Assembly (NCBI GenBank): GCA_038087875.1
Contig: CM075989.1
Location: forward strand, 8,186,001 to 8,250,000
Source: Malacoraja senta
Taxonomy: Eukaryota
Direction of reading: 5' to 3'
DNA: 64,000 bases
Made by a program: the position numbers and the translations under genes. Positions 63,576 to 64,000 of the stretch are shown here, one piece after another (within the stretch, counting starts at the first letter, position 1; every line of letters starts with the position of its first letter). The notes below the pieces were generated by a model that saw only the letters and a list, made by a program, of their open reading frames with translations, was not told where the DNA came from and searched no databases.

Positions 63576-64000
63576 GTTTAGAAAGGAACTGCAGATGCTG
63601 GTTTAAACCGAAGATAGACACAGAAAGCTGGAGTAACTCAGCGGGACAGACAGAGAGAAGGAAGCAACCGCAGAAGATGCAACACCTGTCCCTATACCTC
63701 CTCCCTCGACTCTGTTCCAGGGACCCCGACAGTCCCTTCGGGTTAGGCAGAGGTTCACTTGCACCTCCTCCAACCTCATCTACTGTATCTGTTGTTCAAG
63801 ATGTGGACTCTTATACATTGGCGAGACCAAACATAGACTGGCCGATCATTTCGCTGAACACCTTCGCTCAGCCTGCCTGAACCTACCGGATCTTCCAGAT
63901 GCTAAATACTTTAATTCTCCTTCCCATTCCCACACAGACCTTTCTGTCCTAGGTCTCCCCAATTGTTAGAGTTAGGCTAAACGCAAATCGGAGGAACAGC
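63576..64000. mobile_element. Penelope fragment: inverted pLTR piece then GIY-YIG (+), cut by the window end
   Basis: VRQRFTCTSSNLIYCICCSRCGLLYIGETK. Confidence 0.85.

Noticed and set aside
1..64000. CRISPR arrays, tRNA or rRNA genes
   Set aside because: No regularly spaced repeat-spacer array; tRNA-like sequences are SINE heads or a PBS

Overview
Eukaryotic, AT-rich, repeat-dense vertebrate DNA, most likely from a cartilaginous fish (skate or ray); this is inferred from HE1/V-SINEs and the CR1, Rex1 and Penelope repertoire. No intact host protein-coding exon could be recognised. A CpG-island promoter at about 38.8-39.6 kb has three predicted non-coding exons running leftward and a possible divergent first exon running rightward. 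The rest is intron or intergenic DNA filled with mobile elements: a near-intact Passport-like Tc1 (DD34E), an older truncated Tc1, a hAT-type MITE with extensive fold-back structure, a structurally complete but coding-dead DIRS1-like retrotransposon, an env-less epsilon-like ERV fragment next to a tRNA-Trp-primed Gypsy-like relic, and CR1, Rex1, RTE, Tx1 and HERO LINE fragments. There is also an inverted Penelope insertion and more than a dozen short Penelope-pLTR-derived insertions that carry minimal hammerhead-ribozyme cores; many are flanked by target-site duplications (TSDs) and several are head-to-head pairs. All family assignments come from motif recognition by eye, not database searches.
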